NCBI GenBank assembly: GCA_964016885.1
Contig: OZ024741.1
Span: 182,962,001-183,026,000 of the forward strand
Source: Eledone cirrhosa
Lineage: Eukaryota
Length of the DNA: 64,000 nucleotides
Direction: 5' to 3'
Shown: in pieces, positions 1 to 12,240 of the stretch
Layout of the letters: every line of letters starts with the position of its first letter
Numbering within the stretch: position 1 is the first letter of the stretch
The notes under the pieces: generated by a model
The model's database searches: none
What the model saw: only the letters and a program-made list of their open reading frames with translations
What the model was told of the DNA's origin: nothing
Program-made: the position numbers and the translations under genes

Positions 1-2100
1 TCTTATTGTAGGTCGACTTTGCTTGGCCACAGCCAAAGCTTCAATTTTACTAAGCTTCCACTTGTATGTGTATGTATATATATATATATATATATATATA
101 CCCTGCAATAAGCATTGAGTGCTCATTCAGTTGATGCTTTGACTGTTTCTGTTATAAAAAACAGCTCAATCAACTGGAACAGCTATATAGTAGTTGATAG
201 CTTCCACCATAGTTAATATATAGATGTGTTTTTTAATTCTTATATAAAGGACCAATTAAATATTTTCCAAGTAACGTTTCAACATCTTTGTAATTATAAG
301 TTTTTGTAATACTTAATGTTCCTTTTGCATTGCTGTAACCTTCTAAATGTTTTTTCCTACACATTCCACGATGCTTCTAACAAACTACAACACCCTTCTC
401 TCCCCCACTCTCACTCTCTCACTATATATATATATATTAATATATATTATATATATATATATATATGGACACACACATATAGCAACATATATCAAAGAAA
501 TAGCAAATCTCAATACATATTAAATATCTGCAGGAGGGGGGGGGGGGGGGGTAAAGTATTTCTTGTGTTGATGCAGATATCAGTATATGTGAACAAGAAT
601 TTTAAAACATACCACCATCACAAGCCATGTTGAATAGGTCAAATGCATTGATTGATAAATCAAACAAGAAAACAAAATGAATAAAACATCTTCAAAATCC
701 TACTGCTGACATTCAAAGCCGGACTTGCTGTTCAATAGTGAACTGCTATGAGAAAAAGAGTCCCCAGTTTGTTTGACATCAAGTGGCAATGGACTCACTG
801 TACAAAGGACTAGAATGAAGAACTGTAGTGATCATGGCTTCTGTATATCAGAGCCAGCTCTCTAAAGTGAGCTTCTGTTTGTACAAAGTACAGCCTCTGA
901 GTTGGCTTTCAGATCAATTCTGAAAGCTTATCTTTTCAGGATATACTAGCAATGACTTTCCTTCAAAGTATGAATGAATGATTAGGGCACTTATGAACAT
1001 TATTTTGTTTTTGAAGAGGAGGATGGGGAAGAACTATTTTTTTTTTTTTTTTTTTTTTTTACTCTTTTGATAACAAATTACCAGAGAGCAGCTGTTTTCT
1101 TTTCTTTAAAGTATTTCAATTTATTAAATCCATTCTTTTATCTTAAGAAGCTTTGTTAATTTGTGTTCCAAACATCAACTTAATAATAAGAAGGTTAGTA
1201 ATGTTACTTATTCCTTCAAAATTCTTGATTATTTCCATTAGAAATATGGTAACAAAAGGGTCAAAGAGAATTCCTCGGTACAGATTACATGATTGATCTG
1301 AATGCAAATGCGATCAATCTATTTGGATAGTTTCCAGAGTATACTTTCAAGTTTTTATACTTTGTGTGTGTGTGTGTATAGAGAGAGAAAGAGCTTTATT
1401 CATACTCTTACAACACGACCACATTGTTTCAGCAGTGTGATCACTTAGCATCATAACCAGAGAAGCAACACTATTCTTAACATTGCGTTCCTCTATAATT
1501 ATATGCTACTGCAAAAACAAAAACTTAACACATATGTGTATGTGTGTATTATATACAATATATATGTTTGTGTGTGTTATAGGTTAACTGAGGTCGGTCA
1601 ATGAGACAAATGTAAATGAGGGAACATTGAAAAAAAAAAAATGTCAAATGGGAATGAAATGTATAAAAGCTCGTAGCATGGAAATAGAAATATAAAATCA
1701 CGATAATGATGATGAACCAGCGATTGAAACTAATAGCGACCTAAAGACAAAATAAGAAATAATTACAAAAAATAATCTCATTGAAGCACTTCCTTTTATT
1801 TGGCCCAAATCTGTATAAAAGAATATACACAACTACACTGGGTCAAACAAAAAAAACGTTTAGGTCAGAAAATTCCTATTTAAAATGAAAGCTTTGTAAA
1901 TTGTAGCTTTTAAAGTTGCATCTAACAAAATATATGGTAAATTTATACAAATTAAACACATCATGTGTTCAAGGTGAAATTTTTTTCTAATGGTGAAAAT
2001 GTACCAAAAATTTACACTCTACGTTATGTATTGAGTACTTTTTCATTTGTAAACACAAACGCTTGCCAGTCACCATAAATGAGATATATATAAAGCGTTA

Positions 2101-2425
2101 AAACCCTCTTCAGTCACAAATAACCGTGGGATTTGCACCTAGAAAGTTCCCCTCCGAGGCACAAGTCTGGGCAAGGTTGTTTGTGGAGGACCAGTAGTTG
2201 CCCATGTATACCAGTCTCCCCACTCTACGCCACTGATGTTGTCCACAGGAAAGGCAAAGGGTGATACAGGTTGGCACCAGTGATGTCGCAACTCATTTCT
2301 ATAGTTGAGTGAACTGGAGCAACATGAAATAAAGTGTCTTGCTCAAGAACACAATGCAAAACCCAGTCCGAGAATCAAACTCACAACCTCACAATTGTAA
2401 GCCCAACGCTCTAACCACTAAACCA
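2101..2425 (-). mobile_element. tRNA-derived SINE (family B)
   Basis: Minus strand begins TGGTTTAGTGGTTAGAGCGTTGG (A-box) ... GAGTTTGATTC (B-box-like), then TTGTGTTCTTGAGCAAGACACTTTATTTCA. Its 3' part (GACTTGTGCCTCGGAGGGGAACTTTCTAGGTGCAAA) recurs on + at about 22150-22285. Confidence 0.8.
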
Positions 2426-2439
2426 TTACAATATATATG

Positions 2440-2608
2440 CAGGTAAGATTCCGCTATAACAATTTTTTCAGTATAACGAAAAAATTTTCAATCCCCAAGA
2501 TAATAATAAACAAACGCTTGATTTGTTTCAGACAATCTCGTTAAAAAGAATTTTCCATTACAAATTTTTTTTATACCCCGTGAATTTCATTATAACGAAA
2601 TTTCAGTG
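2440..2608. mobile_element. pogo/Tigger-like MITE
   Basis: Imperfect terminal inverted repeats CAGGTAAGATTCCGCTATAAC ... ATTATAACGAAATTTCAGTG with internal TATAACGAA motifs, in an AT/GT dinucleotide context. Confidence 0.5.
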
Positions 2609-3135
2609 TGTGTGTGTGTATATACACACAATCACAATCTCCATAAAGTTACACGTTGCTTCTAGAAAAACTACGGCATATATATGTACATATAAAACAA
2701 ATTAAGATGACCAAAAGAAGTCCTTACATAGCTAAATTCTTACAATTATTTCGATACAACCATACATGAGTAGGGATGTAGTCGCTAAAATGACATACGT
2801 TCTCCCTGTACTCACCTTTGATGATGTTTACTTTTCTGAGGAAATACAAACTTTTTAAACATACTAGAATAAAGTATATATTCCTCTTGTTTCTATTATT
2901 ATAATTATTACATTTGCTTAGTTATGTGTCTGAAGAAACGCTTTGTATTGGAACAATTGTAAGAATTGACTATGTAGGAACTGTCACCTTAATTTGTTTT
3001 TATATGCTGTTAAAATTGCAACCTTTTCTACTCTTTAAAAGCCTCCTTACTATATTTCTATCTGTATAAACAGATTGAGCCTAAATCTTCTTGATCGCAG
3101 TTTTTCTTTAAGTACTCCATTTTTTCTTTTATATA

Positions 3136-5304
3136 TCTCTCTATATACAAGGTGGGTTGGAAAAGTTCCAGGACTGATGGCACAAAAGATTTATTTCAAA
3201 CCCAAACTACACACTAAGAGGGTTCTCCTTCAAAGTAATCCCCCTGGAGTCTAATGCACTTTTCCATCCTTTTCTACCACGCTTGCATGCACTCCTGGAA
3301 GGATTCTTCCGGCATCCTCCACAGTTCCATCGTCACAGCCTTTTTGATGTCGTCCACGTCTTCAAAACGGGTCCCCTCCGGGTCGTACTCGAAGATCCAT
3401 GACTCATCACTGGTGATGACTGTCCCTAGCAAGTCTGGTTCGGTTTCAAGACGCTCAAGGATGTCCTGGCACACTTGCATGCGTCGACCCTTCTGGTCAT
3501 CGTTCAGCAGTTTTGGCACCATCTTCACGCAGACTTTCCGCATGTACAAATCTTCAAGACGCTGTCCCAATTCATGCCCAGCTCATTTGCCATCAGTCGA
3601 ACAATCAGCCGACGATCGCTACGCAGCATCTGCCTGACGCGTTCAACGTTGACCTCAGTCCTGGTTGTTGAGGGTATTCCGCTCCTGGGGTCATCTTCCA
3701 CGTCCTCGCGTCCTTCTTTAAACCTCTTGCACCACTCAAAAACACGTGAGCATGACATCGTCTCATCTCCAAACACTTGCTGCAGCAATCCCAGTGCTTC
3801 TGACGGAGTTTTCAAGTTTGTTCATTGCTCTGTGCTCATTGCTTGACGACCTGTATATAAAATTATGAAGAAAAAAGTTTGATCGCTGCAGAGAGCTAAG
3901 ATTTCAGTTACATACTCCAGGGGGATTACTTTGAAGGAGAAAACTCTTAGTGTGAAGTTTGGGTTTGAAAAAAATCTTTTGTGACATCAGTCCTGGAACT
4001 TTTCGGACACACCTCGTATATAAAATCTTTTATCTCTCTGTCTTTTCTTTATGCATTCTCAAACAGCTTGACCAAATCAAATCAAATTTTACAAGGTAAG
4101 TATTAGACCCCGGAATTAACATGTATTTTTTTATTTTCATTTGGATTAAAACAATATAACAATATAACATTTTATCTAAAATAATCTTTCTAGAGTCAAC
4201 TTTAAGTAAACAACATTTTATAGCACGATGACATCACATTTTGTATGAGTGTGTGTGTGTTTGCACATTTGTTACGTACGTTAGGACTAAGTTGCATACA
4301 CATTATCTTCACGTAAATATTTAATCAGATACAGAGAATTAAACACACACACACACACAACTACACATACATTTATGTGACGATTGACATAATGAACACA
4401 CACACACCTCTAAAGAGAGAGAGGCAGAGAGAGATACAATTAAAGTGTTAGATATTTAGAGAGAGAGAGAGAGTGACATCCCACAAAAGTCTAGAATCGA
4501 CTTAAACTATAGATCAAAGTATCAGTTGAATGTTTAACAATATTGCGTTAGCTTTTATAAAGTTGTTTTCCACCAGTCTTTGATTTTTGCAGAACACAGA
4601 AAAAATTGATACTATTTGAAATTAATCTATGGTGTATATTAATTTAGCTTTTTGAGGATAGTGTCATGTTATTATTGACTCAGAATATGAGACATGAAAC
4701 AGAAAGGTTAAGACTACAAGAAAGATGATCGCAACTTTCTGAACCTGAAATAGGAAGATTATCACGATAAACAGAGGTTCAATATGAAAATCACAGAGAG
4801 GTAATGACAACTGCGATGCAAACTCGACGAGCAGAAACGACTCTTCAAGGCAGAATAAACTGGCTAAGAGCTGCATGCGTTTTCATATGATCCATAAGTC
4901 ACAATTGGTAGCATGGATATTACACTTGGCATGTGTTGCTTAGCAGGAAAGGTCAGACTTCCACTGATAGAAGACCCTCCAGCTTATATCAATATATTGC
5001 TTACAGACCATATTAACGAAGCTGAACACTTCAGAAGCAATGTTATGCGGTATATTGCTGTGTTTCAGATGACATCCTTTGGAGTTGAAAAAGATCATAC
5101 TGACTATGGTTATTTCACATTTAAAATCCAAGGCTAATGCTACCATTTAATCATAAGGAAGTTTTATGATTGTTTCTCTCTCTCTCTCATACTAAGGTCC
5201 CACCTCATAATGTAAACCAGACAACGCATCCAATACAAACGTTTTCTCTTGACTGTTCTCCCGGGCGATGCCAGCTCCCGGGCGATGCCAGGTACCTCAG
5301 CTAG
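3136..5304 (+). mobile_element. non-autonomous Helitron (family A, copy 1), interrupted near its 5' end by the mariner
   Basis: ORF 4913-5137 GMCCLAGKVRLP...FQMTSFG...FKIQG matches the Helitron RepHel N-terminal region. The 3' GC hairpin CCCGGGCGATGCCAGG is followed by CTAG|T at 5301-5305. Removing the mariner restores A|TCTCTCTATATATAAAA as a plausible 5' end (inferred). Confidence 0.8.
3148..4016 (-). mobile_element. mariner (Tc1/mariner) element, internally deleted, non-autonomous
   Basis: TA on both sides (3146-47, 4017-18); about 103-bp inverted repeats at 3148-3250 and 3914-4016. Minus-strand frames give VFEWCKRFKEGREDVEDDPRSGIPST (HTH), VCVKMVPKLL (WVPHEL-like), VITSDESWIFEYDPE (first catalytic Asp) and C-terminal KCIRLQGDYFE. 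Confidence 0.95.
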
Positions 5305-5403
5305 TATATGTGCGTGCGCGAGTGTGTATGTAAAAATCTAGATACCTGTTTTTTTACGTATTTGATACAACCTTAGTTACTATATATATATTTCTTCCAG
5401 TCA

Positions 5404-5404
<1 letters not shown>

Positions 5405-5453
<49 letters not shown>

Positions 5454-5548
5454 AAGAGAGAGAGATAGAGAGAAAGAGAGAGAGAGATAGAGAGAAAGAG
5501 AGAGAGATAGAAAGAAAGAGAGAGAGATAGAAAGAAAGAGAGATAGAA

Positions 5549-5579
<31 letters not shown>

Positions 5580-5614
5580 AAGAGAGAGAGGGGGAGAGAG
5601 GGAGAGAGAGGGGG

Positions 5615-5652
<38 letters not shown>

Positions 5653-5873
5653 AAAAGAGAAAGAGAAAAAGAGAGAGAAAGAAAGAGAGAAAGAGAAAAA
5701 GAGAGAGAGAGAGAGCGAGAGAGAGAGAGAAAAAGAGAGAGAGAGAAAGAGAAAAAGAGAGAAAAAGAGAGAAAAAGAGAGAGAAAGAGAAAAAGAGAGA
5801 GAAAGAGAAAAAGAGAGAGAAAGAGAAAAAAAGAGAGAGAGAAAGAGAAAAAGAGAAAGAGAGAGAGAGAGAG
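5405..5873. repeat. (GA)n / purine-rich compound microsatellite
   Basis: About 470 bp of GA/GAAA repeats; source of the spurious S/L/F-rich ORFs. Confidence 0.97.
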
Positions 5874-6267
5874 CTCATGAATCTGTAATGAGTAATGCAT
5901 ACAAGTTCAGACACACACATACGTCTTCGCAAGTTTGCATTTAGTAGGTAATTGGAAAATATAAGCTTATAACATCACATTTATTTTCCCAAATACACAC
6001 ATGCAGACATTGTCTTCTGAAATACGACAGTCGTTTAAAAGAAAAACAGCATGGTAAAGAAATAGTGACAACATTTGGGGAAATACCTGATAACTAAGAG
6101 GGAGGGAGGGAGGCCAGAAAATATTTTTATATTTCTCCTCTGTATCAGAAATGGAAAATTCGCCGTTTCTCCTACAACTACTACCACTCAGAAATCAATA
6201 TGACACATAGCTGTACTATATATATATATTATATATATTATATATATATATATATACACACACACAC

Positions 6268-6313
<46 letters not shown>

Positions 6314-8109
6314 TGGAAGAAAATCCACCTGTAAATGATAAGAAATATCTAATAGATCGGAGTGATGGGTAGAGGACATATAGAGAGCCGGTTAAGTATA
6401 GAATAAATAAGATATTAATGTGTGTGTGTGTGTCTATACATATTAAAACTGGGGTAAATGTGTGTGTTCGTCAGACATAGAAAACTAGCCCATATATAGT
6501 CACTCGATTTGCAAGAAATAGAATTAATTCTCCCTATATTCACATTTGCTTTAAAAAACCTAAGACATATTGAATAATCTAGTCTGATATAAACTGCCTC
6601 AATGACAAAAAAAAATGATGCGGTGGTGTTGGTCACGATTGGATCAGTAGTAGCTCGTGCGGAGTGGGTTAAGCAGCAACTTCAAGGGAGAGAAAAAAGC
6701 AGGCGGCCATTCAGATGAGTGTGAAAAAAGCAGATATGCTAGAATGACTTTGAAAGCTGGCGGCGAGGATAACGAACAAGGAGCTAGGCAAAGTAGAAAG
6801 ACTAGAGAAGGTAGCTCTATCCGTTTGGACTGAGGGGGAGGGGGGGGGGGGGGTAGTGGATGGATGGAGATGCTTCGTTCGAATTCACAATTTCATGTTT
6901 CTTTTACTGGCACGCTCGTTCACTCACTATTACCACCACAATCGTCGTCATCATCGCTAGTGCGACTGTTCTGCCTTGATTGAATAAACTTTCAAATAAC
7001 GGAGTTCCAAGTTCGACCATCCTGTCTATTATACAGACATATACTGTGCAGGACCACGTTATTCAATATCCGGGGGGGGGGGGGGGGGGGGTTAAGGTGC
7101 TATGGTGTCATTTTACTGTTATTTCTGGCAGGTCTAAACCGCCATGTCGTGGTTGGCTCGTTATATTACCATTGTTGCTGTTAGTGTTTGTAACTGCTTC
7201 ACAGCCACTAACACCACACACTTCACTCCATTTACATCAATAATACCCTTGGGGTGAAAGAGATAGGCGGAAAAGAAACATGAGCATCATTTGTGTGTGT
7301 GTGTTTCCCCTCTTCCCCATTAAATATATCGATATTTGCGCCTGTGATTAGTAAAATCGATTTTGATTATTCTATTGCAAAAAAAGCATGAACATCACAC
7401 ATCATCAATTCTCCCACTATGCATGTATGAGTGTGCATATATAAACATACACACACACACATATATATATATATAGAGAGAGAGGGGGGGTGAGATCTGG
7501 GAGAAGCAGTGACCGTGGAAGTACTCAATGCATGGCGAGATGCAGAGTGAGTAAAGAGATAGGTAAAATCTCGACCGCTTCTCGGTCGGGATTCTACCTC
7601 TCTCTCTATATATATATATATTCTGAAATTAAGTTATATATTTTTCAACACCATTATTGCACAATACGATAGTGGAGCAATATATACATACATTTTAAAA
7701 TAATCAAATCAATAAAGTAAATGTTAAATCGCAAAACACAAAAATACAGCAAATAAAATTATTGTTGATATTAAATTATTATAGACGATGATAATTACAG
7801 CAACATTCTCCTGACACACCGATTGATTCAACATTTGGGAGTAAAGCCAACCACATATATGGCTTGCTTAAACCTAATAAAACATATTCTCTACGGAATC
7901 ACTCTAACATGTATCGAGTACTCATTTAAACTTGTTCCTCAGTATACACGTCACACCTGTTTCCCAGGGAATTACGACGTTAAAAAATAACATGTTACAT
8001 ATCTATCGGTGCAATTTACACGATGTATAGGAGAGAAAAAGAACTCGATACATGTAAATTAGAGTCAATTTGTAAAGAATGTTTTTATAATGATTTTCAG
8101 CTAAACGGC

Positions 8110-8213
8110 GATATTTCACTCTAATTATATATATATATAAAATTAGAGTGAAATATCTACTAATAATCTACTATATATATATATATATATATATAAAAAA
8201 TTAGTGAAATATC

Positions 8214-8266
<53 letters not shown>

Positions 8267-8325
8267 GTGAAATATCTACTATATATATATATATATATAT
8301 AAAATTAGTGAAATATCTACTATAT
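8110..8325. repeat. palindrome plus compound minisatellite AAAATTAGTGAAATATCTAC(TA)n
   Basis: GATATTTCACTCTAAT...ATTAGAGTGAAATATC inverted pair, followed by three more copies of the right arm separated by TA runs. Confidence 0.85.
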
Positions 8326-8340
8326 CTATACACACACACA

Positions 8341-8409
8341 CAGGGTGTCCCAAAAATGTATACATACTTCAGCATTCTAATAAATGTGTATACATTTTTG
8401 GGGACACCT

Positions 8410-8411
<2 letters not shown>
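8341..8411. mobile_element. 71-bp Tc1/mariner-type MITE
   Basis: TIRs CAGGGTGTCCCAAAAATGTATACA / TGTATACATTTTTGGGGACACCTTG; same family as the two copies at 35809-35993. Confidence 0.85.
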
Positions 8412-8450
<39 letters not shown>

Positions 8451-9385
8451 CTGTGCATGCATGCAGACGTACACACATACACAGAAATATACATGCATTT
8501 GGTGAGGCGGTAGGTGAAAAACACGTGCTTTAGCTACATACTTGCCGCCCTTCTTTTAAAAAAAAAGTGGCACAACCACTGGAGTCGAAAATACTGATTT
8601 CACTACATAGAGCTGATATTAACGGAGGTAGAAGGAGGACTGAAGTCATAAGCAATGCAATGATTTCTGTGTTTATACCGGTAGAAACCCTTATTTCCCC
8701 TGCCCTATTTTTCCTTTTACTGGAAGCTTTGTATACATAGTTAGCGTTGAGAGCGAGGTTCTTCTTAAATGGCTGACACAAGGGAATCGAAACCGGGATT
8801 TCAAAAAACAAGTGTTTGTATGAAATGGAAATCGAGAATTGGATCTGAAATAAAATGCATCATCACCAAAGTTGAAGATGATATTCTGAGATAGTGTATT
8901 GTGGCGAGAAAATCTATCAGCAAGATACGAAACGTCTATAATTACAACAAACATTTAAAAAAAAAAAAACAGCAACCATTGAAGAATACTCCCACCTCAA
9001 CAAAACAAATAATTTTTTTTATTGGCCACAAGGGCCCAAGACATTGCAGGCAGTACGAGATTGGAATATATAGTAAAACAAGGAACAGTAGGTTGGGATA
9101 CATAAAAACGGCAGGTTCAGCAATAACAATACATTAATAAATAATAACACAAAAACTTCAATAGCTCACCAGTGCAGAAAATATTGTTCATATATCATAC
9201 ACATGTGTGAGAGAGAGAGAGAGAAAGAGAGGTATTTGAAATTAGGAGAGGATAGAGAAAGGGACGGAGAAAAAGTATATTGAGAGGGGGGGGGGGGGGT
9301 ATCAAAATGATTGAATTTTCAAAGATCCAAACACACAAAGAACAATACAAAATGCATGTGTAAATGTATTATATACGTGTTCACG

Positions 9386-9422
<37 letters not shown>

Positions 9423-10383
9423 TTCACACACACATAACGTACTGCATAAACATGTATATATGTGTATGGGAGGAGATTGATCAAACGACAATGGCTATCT
9501 GTCTATAATGGAGAATTGAAGAGTAGACACTAACCACGACTAGCAAAACAGGCATGAAGAGGAAAGAGGAAGAATAAAGCCGACAGAGTAGTGGAGGGGC
9601 ATGGACGGTGCATAGTATGATTTGAGGATAGATAGAGTAAGAATGAGTATGCTTTAGAGAAAGAGTGGCAGTGGGTGAATGCATGAATGAGGGCGGCAAC
9701 GGTGTTATAGTAGTGTGGCTTGTCTGTCAGCCAGTCTGACTGACTGACTCCTACCTCTGATGTTGGTCTTACACGATGCTAATATTTATATTTTTCTCTC
9801 TTTCTCTCCCTCCCTCTCTCTCTCTCTCTCCTGTGCCAGACCATTATCTGATCTTATCTTCGTAATACCAAAAAACGAAATGATCAAATGTTCAATTCGA
9901 CTAGTAGAGGCGAAATAAGGCCAATTGATCCTTCGATACGTCCTTTGTCTAACCAACACATTAAAACATATGCTAAATGTGAACAAATTCCGTTTTCTTC
10001 TAGACCATATCTACAACTATAATGAATAAAATAAACCTGTTTTTGTTTCTTAATTTATTTTTTACTGTTTAGTCAGGGACGAAAGGGCAGTCCCATGCCC
10101 CATTATCATTAAGGCATTCCAGATTGGTAGGAGGCAGGGAAGAAGACATGGCCAGAATGTTTGCAATAGAGTAGTTTCTACAAAAGACCCCTAAAAGGGC
10201 TATGTGGTGTTGAACCAAGGGAAGGATTAAATCTAAACCCAAGGCTAAGAAAACTAAACAAATTATTTTCCTTTACCGATATAATATACCATTTGCAATA
10301 ACCATCGAATACCAAGGAGAAAATGTGGTGCCCAATTTCTCTCGGTGGGTTAAGCACGTGCTTATATTATTTATTGAATGGCT

Positions 10384-10563
10384 GTGGATTGGCAGTATCG
10401 GTAGAGGGTCGGACTCCATACTTTCCAGCATAGTTACGTCCCTTTACGATCTGAGTTCAAATCTCGCCGAGGTTGACTTTGCCTTTCATCCTTACGGGGT
10501 CGATAAAATAAAGTACCAGTAATGCACTGAGTAATTGCTGGCCTTGTGCCTAACGTAGAAACA
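10384..10563 (+). mobile_element. tRNA-derived SINE family A (about 185 bp), young copy
   Basis: A-box TGGCAGTATCGG, B-box GTTCAAATC, core GCCTTTCATCCTTACGGGGTCGATAAAATAAAGTACC; 18-bp TSD ATTATTTATTGAATGGCT at 10366-10383 and 10564-10581. Confidence 0.95.
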
Positions 10564-10663
10564 ATTATTTATTGAATGGCTAATCCAGGCCAGCCGACTA
10601 GGATAACTGTCTGACTCTAATATAAAAAACAACCCTTGGGGCACCGACAGAGACATTTATTTA

Positions 10664-10850
10664 TAATTGTCTCTACTTTTGACACAAGGCCAGCAATTAC
10701 CCAGTGTATTACTGGTACTTTATTTTATCGACCCCGTAAGGATGAAAGGCAAAGTTAACCTCGGCGAGATTTGAACTCAGAATGGCAAGGGCCGTAACTC
10801 AATGCGTCAAAGCATGGCGTCCGACCCTCTACCGATACTGCCAATCCACC
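10664..10850 (-). mobile_element. SINE family A
   Basis: Reverse complement of the same consensus; tail-to-tail with the 10384 copy. Confidence 0.93.
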
Positions 10851-11206
10851 GGCATATATATGTGTTTATGTTTACATCACTCTAAAAACCGATGTTGTTT
10901 TGTTGTTTAGGTCCTTATAATAGCAGATTGATAACATAAGTACCGTGTTTTATGTGGTGCAAGATCTAAAACTAGTAATAAAAAAACATACCATGTGTAT
11001 GTACATAAGTTTCCCAAGCGTAGGTAGGAGTATTCAAATAGTGAGAACTCAATATAGGTTAATTGGCGATTGAAGTTTTATTGTGAGAACTGGAAGGTTA
11101 AAGCCCCACAATGACCAATGGTTTCATCCAGAAAGTCAGTCCGAAGATCGCCGTGCCCGGTATGAAATTAATGTGAGTTTTTGAACCTTTCAATTACCAC
11201 GATATA

Positions 11207-11317
<111 letters not shown>

Positions 11318-11352
11318 TGGGGGGGGGGGGGGTATATAGAAAAGAAATCTAC

Positions 11353-11455
11353 ATGACTGGAACTGCTCCATACGTATGAAATCGTCAGGAATGTACATTC
11401 TTGATGATTCCATACAAATGAAACAGTTCTAGTCCTGTAGAAGCCGTTTCTATAT
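11353..11455. repeat. fold-back of a putative Penelope-like pLTR fragment with degenerate hammerhead
   Basis: Imperfect palindrome centred on AATGTACATT; arms read (C/T)TGA(C/T)GA...GAAACAGTTCTAGTCCTGTAGAAG. The same downstream sequence occurs at about 15600-15705 (+) and 37676-37833 (also folded back). Confidence 0.6.
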
Positions 11456-11477
11456 AAGTCTGTCGCCACTATATATA

Positions 11478-11633
11478 TAGTTCAAGTTTGTTTTATTTAG
11501 TTGTCAGGCACCCTTACCCAACCACTAGATGAAACAAACCTAAACTGTAACCCTCTATATCTACACACACACACAGTTACAGTTTAGTGGTTGGGTAAGG
11601 GTACCTGACAACTAAATACAACAAACTTAAACT
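11478..11633. repeat. inverted repeat (about 60-70 bp arms)
   Basis: TAGTTCAAGTTTGTTTTATTTAGTTGTCAGGCACCCTTACCCAACCACTA... mirrored by ...TAGTGGTTGGGTAAGGGTACCTGACAACTAAATACAACAAACTTAAACTA. Confidence 0.85.
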
Positions 11634-12138
11634 ACCCAAATATACTCCCAATAAATTAAAACCCACCTCGAATTTTATATATATATATAAAGAGAGAGAG
11701 ATATAGATAGATAGATAGATAGATATATCTGTATGTGTGTGCATATAGAAATCAGATATGGAAGGTAATTATGTCCTGATGAAAGTTTCAAACTCCAGTT
11801 AGAATCAGAAACACAACAGAAACAAAACCCTCCATTTCAATTTTACTTTTGACAATCATAAGAACTGTGAAACTGGTAAAGTAAAAACTGCAGTTGCGTT
11901 TTCAATTTCTTTTCGTTATATATATACATATATATGTGTGTGTGAGTTTACGTCTGCGCCCAATTCTTATGCCCATAACCTAGAGGTTCGAAAAAATAAT
12001 AGACTAAATTAAGGATGCCCACAGTCTAATGACTTGAACCAGTAAAAGAATGGTGATGATTATCCCAGTCCAATGAGTGGAACCAGTAAAAAAAATAGTG
12101 GTGATTACATAGGGCAAACATCATTTACTTGGAGGAAA

Positions 12139-12240
12139 ATAATTGTTTCTACTTTAGGCACAAGGCCAGCAAATACCCAGTGCATTACTGGTACTTTATT
12201 TTATCGACCCCGTAAGGATGAAAGGCAAAGTCAACCTCGG
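12139..12240 (-). mobile_element. 5'-truncated SINE family A
   Basis: 3' half of the consensus; GGAAAATAAT on both sides as a probable TSD. Confidence 0.85.

Noticed and set aside
2722-2978. Hammerhead at CTGAAGA 2930 with inverted arm at 2722-2760
   Set aside because: The core reads GGAAC and stem I does not pair; at best a decayed pLTR fold-back.
5354-5932. Long S/L/F-rich ORFs
   Set aside because: Translations of the (GA)n microsatellite.
8140-8325. CRISPR-like regularly spaced repeats
   Set aside because: Spacers are only (TA)n, the context is eukaryotic and there are no cas genes.
11776-11890. CTGATGA followed by several GAAAC
   Set aside because: No consistent stem I/III pairing found.
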